DNA of 64,000 bases from Chrysomallon squamiferum (GCA_012295275.1 CM022672.1:3162001-3226000); one strand, 5' to 3'; positions 1 through 14,665 are shown, numbered from the stretch's first letter. The notes: generated by a model not told the origin, from the sequence alone. Numbers and translations: made by a program.

Positions 1-42
1 TGGAGAGATGCCCGTAACGTATTTCTATAGGAATGTCCTCAC

Positions 43-106
43 CTTTTACACTACACACAAGAAACAGAAAAATCGGGATTACGATCCACCGAACACCACA
101 CTGCAT
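43..106 (-). CDS. First coding exon (signal peptide) of an unidentified secreted or membrane protein gene continuing beyond the left edge
   Basis: Minus strand reads ATG(106) MQCGVRWIVIPIFLFLVCSVK, then G|GTGAGG, a phase-1 donor at 42. It has a basic N-region, a hydrophobic core and small residues at the end, and is preceded by a CpG-rich 5' region. Confidence 0.65.
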
Positions 107-399
107 TTCGCACAGAAATAATAATAATCCTCGATCATCAAGTAAAGAACATGTTCAAGTTCCATTAACATTTACTCCACATGGATAACATCCGAGATTT
201 AAAACATAATAATTCCGAGTGTTGGTCCCACAAAGTATTTCCAACTTCGGTATAGTCCTTATTCCTTCTACAAAGTTTGCTCGTGCCAAATCGCTGTGCC
301 GCCGGTGTTATTGTATATCCGTCCGCCACTAACGGGTATTCGCTGAAATTAATATAAAACGTAAAGGAAAACAATCTGTAATGTGCGTCTACATTTCCG

Positions 400-800
400 C
401 ATCATCTATGAGTCGGGTCTCAAGCTCTACGATCAATTCCACGTCTGATTTAAACGCACAGAGTACGTAAAACGGAAGATAGACAGGGACCTTTATTCTT
501 GGTAGTGACGCGGATGGATAAAGGAGCGGTGCTGCGGTTTATTTACAGCAGTACGTCGAGGCGGCGGGCTGCGCTCATTGAACGAGGCGGTGCTATTTTT
601 CCTACGAGTCACACTGTTGGGCACACGACTCAAGCGCGGTCGCTTGCTTCTCTATGGAGGCACGGGTTCGATGAAATGTCATTCTTTTTATTATTTTTCC
701 TCACAAAGAACCACGTGCGACGTAAACGACACAGTAAAATCTGGGCTTGGCGTGAGCTGGGTGAATTCTGAAAAAGCATTGAAAATAATCAAAACAAATT
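400..800 (-). promoter_or_regulatory. CpG/GC-rich promoter or 5'UTR region of the minus-strand gene
   Basis: GC and CpG are locally much higher than in the flanks (GAGGCGGCGGGCTGCGC, CACGTG), directly upstream of the 106..43 exon. Confidence 0.45.
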
Positions 801-1145
801 TTAGAAAATAAATCGGCTACCTGCAAATACTCGGTGGTTTTATTGTAAAATGTTTCTGAATAGGTTCCAGTTTCCTCTTCTTTTTTCTTTTTTTTTAAAT
901 TTCCCTCTCGCGTCCTTCCTTCCTTTCTTATGTAATATATACCTTTACAATCGTTAATAGCAAATTTGTCAGCTAATCGAATATAAATTAGATTCAGTGG
1001 TAATTATTATTTAGTTTGTGATGGAGTGATGTCTGAGTACGTTCATCTCAGTACATTTTGTGCGTGCGCGCGTTTGTGTGTGGAAGTATGTTTGTGTGTA
1101 TGTCCGTGCTTTAATTTTGTTTTCCTCGCCTTTGTTTGTTTTGGT

Positions 1146-1183
<38 letters not shown>

Positions 1184-1908
1184 CATGTTTCCTGAATAAA
1201 GGTTTTCTTACTTGTTTATTATTTATGCTCACGCGCGGGCTGTTTTTTAATATCGTACAATTTGGCACTTTTGTGTACCCGGACGAGTGGAACACACGGC
1301 TGCGGAACATGAACGCTGTGAACTTGATAGTCATTCCTTTTTAGTCACAACAGGTGTCATGATTTGAATTTCTGCTTTACCTCTGTGTAATTATATCTTT
1401 GTCCGGTGGTCAGCGCTATTTCTTTATTTCTTAAAATGAAACGGTAAAAGTAAAACAGAGCCATATATTGTAGTGTACCAAACAGATAAATATACATGCG
1501 TATGGATGGGATGGATGAATGGATGAATATGTGAATGTTGGACGAGTTTAGAGAGGCAGATAGAAAGAAAGAGAGACAGATAGAGCGACAGACTGATAGA
1601 TACACACACTGATAGATAAATGCATAGATATATAGAAAGATAGGTAGAAAAATAGAAATAATTTATTCCGTTTTCTTTACATAAGCTTTCTGTGAGTGCG
1701 TGCTCGTGTTTATGTGTGAAACTGCTTTTATGAATTTTTATTATATTTCCACCATTATGCACGTCTCTTCCTAAAAGTCTGCAGTGTGCAAGAAATCATT
1801 AAGTAATTTATCCTGTTGGCACCAGCGTGCGAAGGTGTCACTTCGCTTTGATCTATTGTTCAGTGTAAACATTTCCTATTACGGCAAAGTAATACATACC
1901 TCTTTTTA

Positions 1909-1957
<49 letters not shown>

Positions 1958-2803
1958 TCTTTATATATATTTTTTTTTCTGTCTTATTTTCATTTGTTAC
2001 TTTTTCTTACTTTTATAAACGAAATATCTTTCTTTATCCATATATTTTTCTGATTATTATATAACATTATCTTTTTTTTTTTAAAGTTATTATTTCATTA
2101 TTCATTCCTGAATATTTTTTTTTTCTTTTTTTTTTTTTTTTTTTTTTTTCATACCTCTATATTTTTGTAATAAATGTTTAATTTTTTATTTATTTTGAAA
2201 ACTGTATTTATATCTTTCATATTTATACTTTTATCTTAATTCTTTATTTGTGAATCTTTTGCATTATATATATGTATATATATATATATCTATGTATGTA
2301 TGTATGTATGTATGTATGTATTTATATATGCGTATCTATGTATGTATGTATGTATGTATGTATATGTATATGTATATGTATAGTAGGAAGTTGGAACCAG
2401 TTATTTCAGTTACTTACATCGCCTGCAGTTCAACGCTGACATAAACTTGGAATTAAATTCAACAAAACGCGCCATTTTGTGAAGTGCGCATGTCTGGAAA
2501 TATATTTAGAAGATATGCTTTCGTGTCCTCATATATATATATACATTATGCATAAATATAATAAGATCGCAGTAACATATAAAATTATTAATTGTATCTA
2601 GACTTTTTTTTTTCATTTATTATAGTTTATGCAAAATAAATTAAAATAAATTCATTTGTACATTTTTTTATGCAAAAATTTAAGTGTATACTGGGATCTC
2701 GGAAAGAGTTAAGTCAGTTTTAGTCTAAATAGACGGACCATAACCTATGCAACCAATATACCCTTGGTTAATTATAAACAAGAACTGAGATTTAAGTTAA
2801 TTC

Positions 2804-2807
<4 letters not shown>

Positions 2808-2878
<71 letters not shown>
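2808..2878. repeat. (GA)n microsatellite
   Basis: Read directly; source of the RERERE pseudo-ORF. Confidence 0.95.
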
Positions 2879-2882
<4 letters not shown>

Positions 2883-3911
2883 ATTATATTACTTCATTTT
2901 TGCTTCAGATCTTTATATAATTTAAATAAGGATTTTATTGTTTATTGTCCCCCCCCCCAAAAAAAAAATTATATAATAATAATTTCCATTGGTTTTTAAT
3001 GTCACTAAGGAAAACTAGTAAATAGAACGAAATAAACCGTTTCTTTCTTTTCTTTGAGTTTTCTAGCTCATTAGCTGAGAAGTATGGCGTATCCGCACCC
3101 GTCAATTTACAACACGGGCGAGCAAAAAGCCAACACGTCACTCTGCTTTTCTCCACAGCGTCGTGGCGATCATTCAGTTACATTCGAGAGATCGTTAACC
3201 GAAAAATTAATCGCCACTGTTATTTAAATAAAGTGATTTAGATGCGGTTGTTCACTTACGGCGATCAGAATTTGCGTTTTAATACCTAACGTAGCATTGT
3301 TGCCTTGTTTGCCTGGAATACATAACAGTCAAAAAGATTTAGCTATTTTCGTCTTTAATTGCATTTAAATAGGAAAATGATTATTAGTGTGTTTTTTTCC
3401 CCTGAAACGCACTATTAGTATAGGCGTACGTTTTCATTCCTGGCCGAGACTGTTAGCCCACATTTAATATAAATACAAGCAACCTTTCACCTTGAAATGT
3501 ACTTTGGTGGTACGAATACTGAGTAGACTAAATAACTTTCATATATTTTCGAATTACTTTTTTATTTTTTTTTCTTACCTGATTTCGTTATTTTTTAAAT
3601 TCAGTTTAACAATTTTCATTCATTTTTTTTTTTTTTTCAATACGTCTAGACAAAGGTTAATAATCTTGATAAATAAAGTTATTATGTTTCTTCTTTATCT
3701 TTTCTTCATTATCTTCTGCTCAAGAAGATTGTCTTTTTCTTCCTCTTTGTTTCTCAGAGTATAAAGCTGTATTCGTATAGTATATGCCAGTCAATGTATT
3801 TCACTCAGTTCATCTTGTTTAATTCATTTTTATGTTTTTCGTTCATTCTCGCCTTCTTTTATTTGATAATGTATCAGCACGTCTGCATGTTTTTCTCTCT
3901 CTATTATTTTA

Positions 3912-3991
<80 letters not shown>

Positions 3992-4261
3992 GTATATGTA
4001 TGTGTTGTCTCTCCCTCTGCATGTGTGTGTGTGTGTGTGTGAAATAATAATAATAATTCAGCGGACACAACATTTAACTTAAGTGATTATCTATCTCTGT
4101 AATATGTTTCACAGATAAGCCATTCACAGCCTTTTCCGTTGTTGTCCGTTCTAGCCAAAATCCTTCGAGTGGATATTTCAAGTGTCTGTCTCTACATTTT
4201 TCCTGTTAACTTGATACAGAATTCCAACATGCTTACAAGAAGAAGAAACACAACGACACAA

Positions 4262-4292
<31 letters not shown>

Positions 4293-5113
4293 ATTACAAT
4301 AATTCCTTTGAAAATATGATTACCAAATCTGTATAAATTACGTATATTCAAATGACAATAGACAAGCCCATGAGGTTTTTACACAATAGGCCTGTTTGAT
4401 GATCAACGTATATATAACAAGCATGTTGATGAATTATGCAGTCCCTGATCTACAAACTGATTAATAGCCGGACTGTTGGTTGCAGATGACCCTAGATTTA
4501 AAAACTGGACTGATTTTTACTGAAGTGGCAGGGTGTATTAATCAGAATGCTCATTAATCAGCGAATTACGTAACGAACTGCACTTGTACACAGACACCGT
4601 ATCAATTACCGCAACGTCATGTTTCATGGTATCACGTGATGATTTATAACGTTCACGTCACAAAGCTAAAGTCATGAAGTTAAAGTTTTGTTTACCGGAT
4701 TAATACTTTATTCGCCCCATTAATACTTTTGACAGCTGTTGTTGTTGGAATCACGAATGAACTGTTTTATTTTTTCGAATTCTTATTTTAAAAGATGTGG
4801 ATTAAATAAGTGTGTGCTTACATAATAAGTATGAACATTCCTTGTCATATTTGTATGTATTATATACAATATATTCAGTAAAGCTTTTACGATATCTCTT
4901 TTCCACTTTTTTACGAATAATATGATCGTGCTCCTTCACACATATTTTATATTAAATAAATGACACACAGAAACGGAAAACAAATGGCAGTGTGATGTGG
5001 GGTAAAAAGAAACTGAAGCAACTGTACAATTATTTTAGGATAAACTAAATTAGCTCCAAAACCCGTCAGGTAATTTAAGCAGATAAATTTTTTATACAAT
5101 ATTTTATATTATG

Positions 5114-5114
<1 letters not shown>

Positions 5115-5177
<63 letters not shown>
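5115..5177. repeat. (GATA)n microsatellite
   Basis: Read directly. Confidence 0.95.
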
Positions 5178-5178
<1 letters not shown>

Positions 5179-5957
5179 ACAAAACTGTACGTCAGCAGTT
5201 TAACTGTAAATATGTATTTGTTCTGTATGGCAATAAAATGAAGCATGCATACGTTCTTACAATCAGTTTTTCTTTCCTTTTTATTATATTATTTTATTTT
5301 AGTCTTCTTCTTTTTTTAATTATTTTTTCTTTTTTGAATTTTACTCCTTAAATTTAAATATATGTTTATTTTTTATTTAAATATACGAAAGAAGATTAAA
5401 CATAAATATAAAATTCGATATCGGTTGATATATGGGAGATTAATAATTACTGAAACATTAAAGGGAAATTTTTCCATTCAACGATACCTTTAAAAGGCTG
5501 TAAATCAATTTTACGACATAACTTTATCGATCAGGTTAAATAATAAGCTTCTTTCGTTTAATTCACTTCTTTTCACGGGTGTTTGTCTTTGCCTAGACCG
5601 TTACAAGGTCTCCGTCATTTAAAGCGAACCATGCTTGGTGTGTTTGGTTGTATTGATGCACGTGCAGGCGTTGATCTTTCGTGGGAAAAAAGTTCGGACA
5701 ATTTCAACAAAGGTGTAATAACAATCATAGGCGCTTAATTTTCTTTTTTCTCTCTTTTTTTTTTTTTTTTTTTTGTTGTGTATTTTTTGCGATAAAAATT
5801 TAAGAAATATCTTAAACAAATATGTTAATTAATTAATTAATTAATAATAATAATAATACATTTTAATACTTGTTTTTAAATTTTCTTCAACTGAAACCAT
5901 GCGTAGATTAAAGATAACATTTTTATATCTAAGTGTTTTGTATGTTCGTTCGAGCCA

Positions 5958-6025
<68 letters not shown>

Positions 6026-6479
6026 ATGCAGATACATCATCAACGAAAGTGACAGACAAGGACACACACTTAAAAAAAAATAAATAAATAAATAAAAACT
6101 ACTAGAACATCAAAGCCAACAATGAATAAGCTGACTTGTACATGATATAGAAAATAGTTACACTGTATAGCTGCTTTTTATCACTGTACAAATTTTAATG
6201 TCAAAAATATTTTCAGTTATTCCCTGCCAGCTTATTAATTCCTTCTTCAAAATGTAAATGAAAAATAAATTCATTGTTTTGAACATACACTGATATGTAT
6301 GTTTTCTATTTATTTTACAATCATGTCAGTAGGTTTCTCATAAAATTAGTAATTTATTTTCTTGTAGACCTGCCATACATTAATATTTTTAAAATTAGAT
6401 TCAGCCTTTTCAAGCTTGGAAATACGTTTTCGCTCACGTACGTTGTTCGGTACAAATTAGGATTTGACATTCAATAAAG

Positions 6480-6977
6480 TAACATTTGACGGTCGTTCTG
6501 GCGGACGCAAATTTGTTTTGGTGAAAATGCTGTAATTATTTTTATACCGAAATTCGTTTGAATAAGAATACAACTTAATTTCAAAGCAAATCTGGAATTA
6601 TCTCTGTAAGCAGAATATCACGTAACACGTTTCGCTTAAAAAGCTAATAATTATGTCATCAGTGACATAGCTACCACATTAAATAACGATCATATAAATT
6701 TTACTATTATTATGCATTTACAAAATTTATCGTAATTTGGAGACTGAATACATTCATTTGTAACATTTTTATAATTGTTGATGTCCTATTAAAAACATTT
6801 TTTTTATATTTTATATTCTGCTTTCGTGCTACTAAAGATTGACCTTTCACAAACAAAGAATAAAAACCAAGGAGAGAGACCGGAATGGTGATTTATCTCC
6901 CTTGATGTAATTTTTTCTCTTGCCATCGAATCAACAACTTCCTGTTTACAAATAGCACATGTTCATAAATTGTAATC
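6480..6977 (+). promoter_or_regulatory. IMP3: IMP3 proximal promoter / 5'UTR
   Basis: CpG-retaining stretch just before the ATG, with ETS-like ACTTCCTG (~6937) and CCGGAA (~6880). Confidence 0.4.
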
Positions 6978-7114
6978 ATGGTTCGAAGACTGAAATTTCA
7001 CGAAAAGAAATTATTAAAGAAAGTAGATTTTATATCATGGGAAATCGACAACAATCTCCACGAGGTGAAGATTATGAAGAAATACCATATACAGCGAAGG
7101 GAAGACTATGCGAA
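6978..7114 (+). CDS. IMP3: IMP3 (U3 snoRNP protein IMP3) exon 1
   Basis: Encodes [45 protein letters not shown](K), matching the IMP3 N-terminus MVRKLKFHE..LLK.VDF..W. Donor GTTAGT at 7115, phase 2. Confidence 0.95.
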
Positions 7115-9725
7115 GTTAGTATGCAAAGTGAAAGTATAATATTCATACTCGTAGTATCATACATTTAAAAAATAACAAAAATTACGATAATCCTCTAGTT
7201 ATTATATAAATGTTTGGCCTAAAAAGTGAATTTTGTAGGATCAAAACCATCAACAAAATAAAACCTCTCTCCCCCAAAATTCACAAGACATTTTGATTTT
7301 GTCAATTACTTTTTTTTTCTACAACATACCATAATTTGCAAAGCTGTATTCTGCCACAGAGCATTCTAAATGCATTATTATTTGATGTGTTAATATTGTA
7401 ATTAATGAAATATATTAATAAAAATTATTGTTATAATGTTAAAATATTCTACTACATTTTTTTTTTTTTTTTTTTTTTTTTAAATGCTTGAAATGCACAC
7501 CACTGTCAAAATGTTCAGATTTCATATTTCCTCACTAAAAATGGTATACAGTATTTGTGTAGTCTAGCCTATTGATGTTATTATAAAAATATATATATAT
7601 AATATATATATATTACATCCAACCCTGATTTATAATTTATAAAATGTAAACAGGTGATACATTCCATGTACCAAAATATATTGTTTTTAGTTAATGAAGC
7701 TATGTCAATATGTGTTTCGTGCGATTAAAATTAATATAAAATATTAAGTTTTATATAAAATTGACATAAAATGACAATTAATAGTTAATTATTACATGAA
7801 TACAGTGTAAATGTTGTCAGGGTAGAGAAGTGTGTGTCTGAAAGCTAGCTACAGTTAAATAACACCACTCCTGGCATGAGTCAGCAGTATTACTGGGTGT
7901 GACTTTACTGTTGCCAAGATGGGTCTAGCTGAAGCTTACCCCTTGAATGAGGGGTCTGGCTGAAGGTTATCTGTGAATCATCTGGATTATCATTAAGATA
8001 CAGTAGGATCTGAAAACCTGGCTGCCTTGTTCAACAAGGAATCAAGAGTCATTTGATGTGCCTTTCTTTTCTTTTTTTAAGACTTTGATAAGAGGGAGCT
8101 AATGCATCATTTAAATTCTTCCTAACAAAGGCACTACGTTCCCCGTCATTATCTTTTTTCTTTTTTCTTTTAGATAAATTAAATTTATTTTGACCATTAA
8201 ATGCTGATAAGTCACAAACAACTGAGAATTAAGGCAGCCCATCGCCTCACAATTGTATTTTAATAGAAGATGAACATATTTCTATTACTGTTCTTGTTGT
8301 CCCTCATGTTGTTGTTGAAACTGTTATTAGAGTTGTGTTATACTTTTCAGTTAGAGCATTAGCAAGTGCAAGAAAATGTTTGCAGAGCCTAAGTGTTGCT
8401 GTTACGGTTGATTACATTCATTGTTTATGGCTGCATTTTCACTCAAAAGTGTAATTTTAATTTTATTTTAAACATGTATTTTACTGTTTCTTCCTAATTT
8501 CAAAACCACTGTAAGTCTCAATTGTCACAAAGTGAACTATCATAAAACAGGGGGCTGACTGTATAATAATAATTAACAAAATAGATCTTTATGATAATTA
8601 CATCTACTGGTACGAATATATATATTCCTGCTTGACATTTCATCTAAGTCATTATAAACTGATATTTCTAACTGTAAAAAGCTACATATAACAATTTATA
8701 TTTATATTCTATCTTGAACAGTTTTATACAGACAGAAAACTGTTACAAAGTATTCAAAAATGCTGCAGTTTAATTTTCCAAGTTGTGAAAAGCATTCGCA
8801 ATCACACACACATGCACACACAGACACACATGCAAAAAGAATACATGCACACACACATACTACCATTCTCAGTTTATTACCAACAAATAATAATTATGAA
8901 AATGTTTGAGACTGATCTAGATTTTGGTGAATTCATTTGGAAGGGTGTAACTTAACTGAAAATTATAATAATAATAATAATAATAATAATAATTTATATT
9001 TATATTATAATATATTCTGATACGGTGGGTACATTTGGTAAATTACTGGGAGTACAAAATTACAGAGGTGATTCAATGAAATGGAGTAAAATCATTTTTA
9101 TCAACAACTTTGTGTGTATGTATGTATGTATGTATGTATAAAGGAAACTCAACAGTTTATTATTTATTGATGTCATTCACTGAAAGCCACATTTGTACCA
9201 TACATACAAATTTCATTCATTAATGTTAGTTTGTGTATGTGTAAGTGTGTATAAATTTCTTTTACAACATTATATAGAATTACCATCCACATATATGTTA
9301 ATACCAATTTTTCTGTTGGAAAATGTCCACAGATTTTCCTGTGATGTTTTCTCTGTGGCTGTTCCTGTATCATCTGACTGATTTAATCTCACATGATACA
9401 CCCCACAGTGTAATTCAGATAAATGTAAATGATTAGTTCTTTGTTTTGTTGCCATGTATTTCATCTTTGGTTTATATACATATCAGATTATATGCATACA
9501 TTTTCATCTAATAATTACCTGCATAAAAAAATAAGTTTTGTATGAAAGATTACCATTACTGATAAAGTTTGGAGATGTCTGTATATTAAGCCTAGATTAT
9601 TTACTGAGTTTGTCTTGTTAACCATGTATTTGTTTTATCATTATCCAACAAATATAATGTAATATAAACTTGTGTAAATTAGTTTTCTTTAGGATGATGA
9701 TGATGATTATTATTATTACTATTAC

Positions 9726-9797
<72 letters not shown>

Positions 9798-12413
9798 TGA
9801 ATGACATTAAATACATTTAACATTGCCACATAGATCATTCTACATACTTAGCTTAGTGATATAATGCAGTACACATTGCTATACGTTTATAATGTTTATT
9901 AATGTGTTCTGGAGACTGTATTTTTTTATATAAAAATCTACATTATCTCCAGATTGTACATGCATATTAAAATCTTTTGTCATTGTTGCATTGTGAATGC
10001 AAAGACAATTTAGCATAATAGAGCCTCATCTTAGTATTAATTTGGAAAAATTATTTGAAGATCACTGGATTTTTGTCTGGATCTGCCCATATCACAGTAA
10101 TAAAATTTAATTATGATTACCTTGTCTTAATGTTATCAATATAATTAAAGTATCAGACAGTTGTGTTTCTGGGGTGAGAACTGACGTCACCCCCAAGAAA
10201 TGGATCTGCCCTTGAACAGTATGGGGCAAGAGAAATGATGAAGCTAGAGTGAGTCATCTTAAGAAGTATTTTTGTGGTAAACCAAATATATGTGGTGACT
10301 TCATGTTAGTGTAACTTTCCCAAACACTAGCACATACCTTTCTAATTTGAGGTAGTCACAAAAAAAAGAAAAAAAAAAAAAGAAAAAAGAAAAAGAAACA
10401 GAAGTTTTCAAGAGAAAATTAGCAGATATCATATTTAAAACAATAAATAAAAATGTATATTGATGCTAAAATCATGGTTTTAGGCTTTCATTTTCTAGAA
10501 CTATTGTAGTTATTTTTAATAAATAAAAAAACATTATTCACTCTACTGTTATAATCTGTTTAGCAATTTATACTTAGAAAGTTTTGAGCACAGCAATAGC
10601 TTCAGTCTAGAACTTGTGATGTATTAGAAGAAATTTGTAATATTTCATCGCTGAGAATTATTTTGTTAATACGTTAGACACAGCAGCTCCTACTTGTGGT
10701 TTTAAAGTGATTTATGTGTAGAGTGTTTATGTAAAGCAACGGAAGTAAGTTAATTAACATGAATTACATATGTTGATACATAAATGTGTAAGTTTTTTTC
10801 CTCTCTTTCTGTCTATAATCTGGCTATATAGCTCATCCATTAACTTTCAGAATCAGTCCTTTTCATTGTAGGAGAGGCATACAAAGAGCAGCATTAATTT
10901 TAAAAATCTCATTCTAAATAAATCATTACATTAAAAAAAACCCAAGAAACAACATAACTAGAAATGCTCTCCCCACCAAAAAAATAAAAATAAAAATAAA
11001 AACAATAAAGCAGAAACCAAGAACTGTCATTAAAAAATTAATAATAATAAAATAAAAAATTAATATAAGAAGCCTAATTGACACAGTGAAGCATGTTTTG
11101 TGTACACATTAGAGCTTACTTTGAAGATGAGACAATTTGGCATGACTGCAATTGGCAAATTACAAATGAACAAAAATCTATAAAGATTTAGATTGGATAA
11201 AACACAACCTTGGAAGATTTCCTATATTTTGATCAAAAAAAAAAAAGGAAAGGGGAAAATAAGAAAACATATATATATATGAAAGAAATCCAAATCATCT
11301 TTAAATAAACAAACAGAAATATAATTACAAAATAAACTTTAAAATAATAACTAATAAATCCAACAAAAAATTAAAAAATGGTCAGAGAAACAGAGATAAC
11401 AGGATAAATGGAGATCTTTAAAATAATAAAATAAAATAATTAAATTAAGTTAAATTTAAATTTAAATAAATCATTCCTAATAACACTGGTATTAATAAAA
11501 TAAAAACTGTCCATCTATTTCAATAAAATATAATTGAATTTATACCAAAATATAGTTTCTCATTTAAATTTAAATTAAATCTGCAGGTTTTATTGTTCTG
11601 GTGAATTCACTGTAATAGACTTTTATTTTACCTTAATTCTGTGTGAGTAAGAATACACAGTAATTCTGAGTGCATTGGTACATGTTTTACATGTTAACTG
11701 TTTATTTTATTTATTTAACTTTTCCAGTAAAATTACAAACAAATGGGCAGGATCAGGTTTTAGGTTGATTAATTTAACTTTTTTGTTTTTAAAAGTTTTT
11801 TTTATATTTATTTTTATAGATCAGTGCCTGGATAAGAAAATTCCTTTTCATAAATGTTTCAAAATTTTAGTGTGTGTATCTGTTTATCTGTCTGTACTAT
11901 GCCTTTGTATCTGTCTTGTCACCTATGATGCTCTAGAGTTTTAGTAGTTTCTTGTCATCCATCATTTTTTCAGTAGCTCAAGAAGCAACAAGAAATTCAT
12001 GATGTCACCTCACAGTATTAGAATGCTTGAAATATAAACATATTTGTTGTTATTAAATGCAAACTAGCTGATTCTAATTTAGTTGATTTTTCAGTATTTT
12101 TTCTTTTGTTTTCAATTTCTTCAACTTTTGATTCACATTAAGAGTAATTACAGATGCAGCTTTGGTTGTTTTGTTTTTTTGTATCTGTTGCTTAGAATCA
12201 AGATACATCATAATGTTTTATAAACCAAATGAAGATCTAGAAACATGAGACTCAGAAGTTCAGGTAAAGACTAATCTAAAATTTTAAATTCATATAATTT
12301 TTTTATAGGCTGTTGATCCTGTCTTGTCAGCATTATGGTGTGTATGTGTTTGTTTATTTATTTATTTTATTTTTTTTTTTTTTTTTTTTATTTTTTTATT
12401 TATTTATTTAAAG

Positions 12414-12521
12414 GTACAATAAACTGTCTCGACATGTGAGAGAGTTAGCAAGAAAGATAAAAGAAGTTGAAGTCAAGGATCCTTTCAGAACAGAAGCCAC
12501 ATCACAACTACTGGAAAAACT
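12414..12521 (+). CDS. IMP3: IMP3 exon 2
   Basis: T-rich tract and AG acceptor; encodes YNKLSRHVRELARKIKEVEVKDPFRTEATSQLLEK(L); donor GTAAGT; phases compatible. Confidence 0.95.
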
Positions 12522-12582
12522 GTAAGTTTTATTTTATTTCCTTTCTTTTATGGTTGTGTGTGGATATGCTGGTATATAAGTT

Positions 12583-12622
<40 letters not shown>

Positions 12623-14464
12623 TGGCAAGTTTGAGTATATTATATAATTTGACTTCATTCCTAATTAGAAGTGTGTTTGTAACTACATTCACTCTCATCT
12701 GCAACAAAGTTGTATATATCTACACATTTAGACACATACAGACAACATATATGTATGCATGTACATAATATAAAATACACATGTATGTATGTATGTATGT
12801 AAATATATGTAAAATAAATCTGCAGTTTCATTCACACACATGTAATCCCACTAATTTCTTTCAAGCAAAACAAGTTCAATTTAACAAACAAAACCTTCTT
12901 TTAACTCTGGATAATATATTTCTTCCACTCTCTGATCCTATCTGCCTCCAACATTTTTTATATTAAAAAAGACAAAAAAAATAAAAATATCAAAAAAAAA
13001 CAGGACAAAAAAAGACAAACAAGCTTTTCTTGGCACACATTATGAAACCTGTATTTATCATGAAAACTCCCATCAATCGTGCAGTGCCCATAAATTGTCA
13101 GTTCTTGCCCAAACACTTTGCTGTCACAGGCAAATTGCATGTTGTCAGTTAGTTTGGCCAGCCTAATCAGTTTCAATAGCAGTTTTTTTCATGTCTGTCA
13201 GTTTTCTTTAACATTTTCATTTTTGCCCATTTCCTTCACTGAACTAAGAAGTCGGATAGTTTTGAAATACATGTTTTATAAAATAATGATAAGAAAAAGA
13301 AAAGAAAAAAAGTGAAGATAGTAATAATGATTATGTTTAACATATAAACCATTAGATGTTTTTATTATTATTATTTTAGTAAAATATTTTCTTTTTAAAT
13401 AAGCACTTGTAAAATGTGATATTTGAAATATATTTTTTTTTAGAATTATGTTGTAAAAGAATAATTTGTAAGTGGTTTCATGTTAGCTTTTAAAATCATT
13501 GTGGTTTTTTTATTATTATTATATGTTCTTTTTAAACAACCTATGAAATGACATTTGAAATACGTCTTTGTAAAAAAATGATGGAAAACATACAGTATAA
13601 ATTGTATTTATTTATCTTTTTATTATATATTTTTAACAAGCTAAAATAAATGAGATTTTGAAGGATATCTTTGTAAAACAGTGATGGAAAAAGACTGTTG
13701 TAAATGGTTTCATATTTGATTTTGTTTTTTACAATTTTTTTCTATTACTTAAAATACTGTGTTTGTACCCTGCAATGAATGACAGTTTTTAAATGTAATA
13801 TTATCTGTGTGAAATAATGATAGAAAAAGAATATTTAAGATATGATTTTATTTTATTTAATATTAAAATAGAGAAGTTTTGAAACATATTTTGGATAGAA
13901 AAAATGTGGTATAAATGGTTTTTGTTTTTATGTATTTCTTTAATTTTTTTTGCTTTTTTTTTTTGAGCCATTTTATTTTATTAGTAGAAAAAAAAGATCT
14001 AAAACTTGATCATACTGGAATTGACTAAAACACAAATTCTTAAATAACTTCTTTTACTTTTTTAGCCTGTTAAAAGTGTCACTGTATTTGTTTCTAAAAG
14101 TTACTGCTTCCAAAATGGTTTAGAATGATTACGATATAAATAAGGTTCTCTTGATACCCAAGGGAATCTTATCTTACAATTAAATGTCTTTATGATATAT
14201 AATTATATGAATACACACACCATGGTCCTTAACCACTTTTTGCTTTCAAACTGTTTTAAGAAACTGCAAGAAAAAAAAATCACTCTACATTTGTATCAAA
14301 AGTTCCTGATATACCCTATCATATCTCTGAAAAAGTTGATATATGCATATCATAAAGAAAATTTTACTATGTCAGAATTAACCAAATATTTTGTATCTAC
14401 AACCTGTTTTCTCAGTAATTCTTCTGTTTAGCTAGATTAGTTTATCATTTTGTATACTTTTTCC

Positions 14465-14665
14465 AATCTGTGGGAAGGTGGATGTTAAAGTTCATTTGCT
14501 GCTAATGAAATGCAAGAGTAGCTCATTTGATAATGGCAGTGAGTTTCCTTTCATTATCTGTGCAGACATAATTTTGTCTTATCTGAACAATCCTTAACCA
14601 TACATATAAAATCATATAACAGTAGTGTTGAGAGAACTGATAAATAAAACATTTCTTTTCTCTGT
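14465..14665 (+). mobile_element. Degenerate SINE 3' portion
   Basis: Motif order TTGCTGCTAAT..AAGAGTAGC..GGCAGTGAGTTTCCT..TCCTTAACCATA..CATATAAC..GTGTTGAG..TAAATAAAACATTTC resembles, from memory, a widespread gastropod SINE tail. A second decayed copy lies at ~26.4-26.7 kb. Not database-verified. Confidence 0.55.

Noticed and set aside
2380-2712. Transposon relic or promoter (CGCCATTTT, TGCGCA, GAAAGAGTTAA end)
   Set aside because: Short motifs only; no matching opposite terminus or linked exon found.
6959-7168. Tracked 69-aa ORF as a gene
   Set aside because: Wrong frame; the real IMP3 exon starts at 6978 in another frame.
10230-10320. Box C/D snoRNA in an IMP3 intron
   Set aside because: ATGATGA is present, but there is no suitably spaced CTGA box D or terminal stem.
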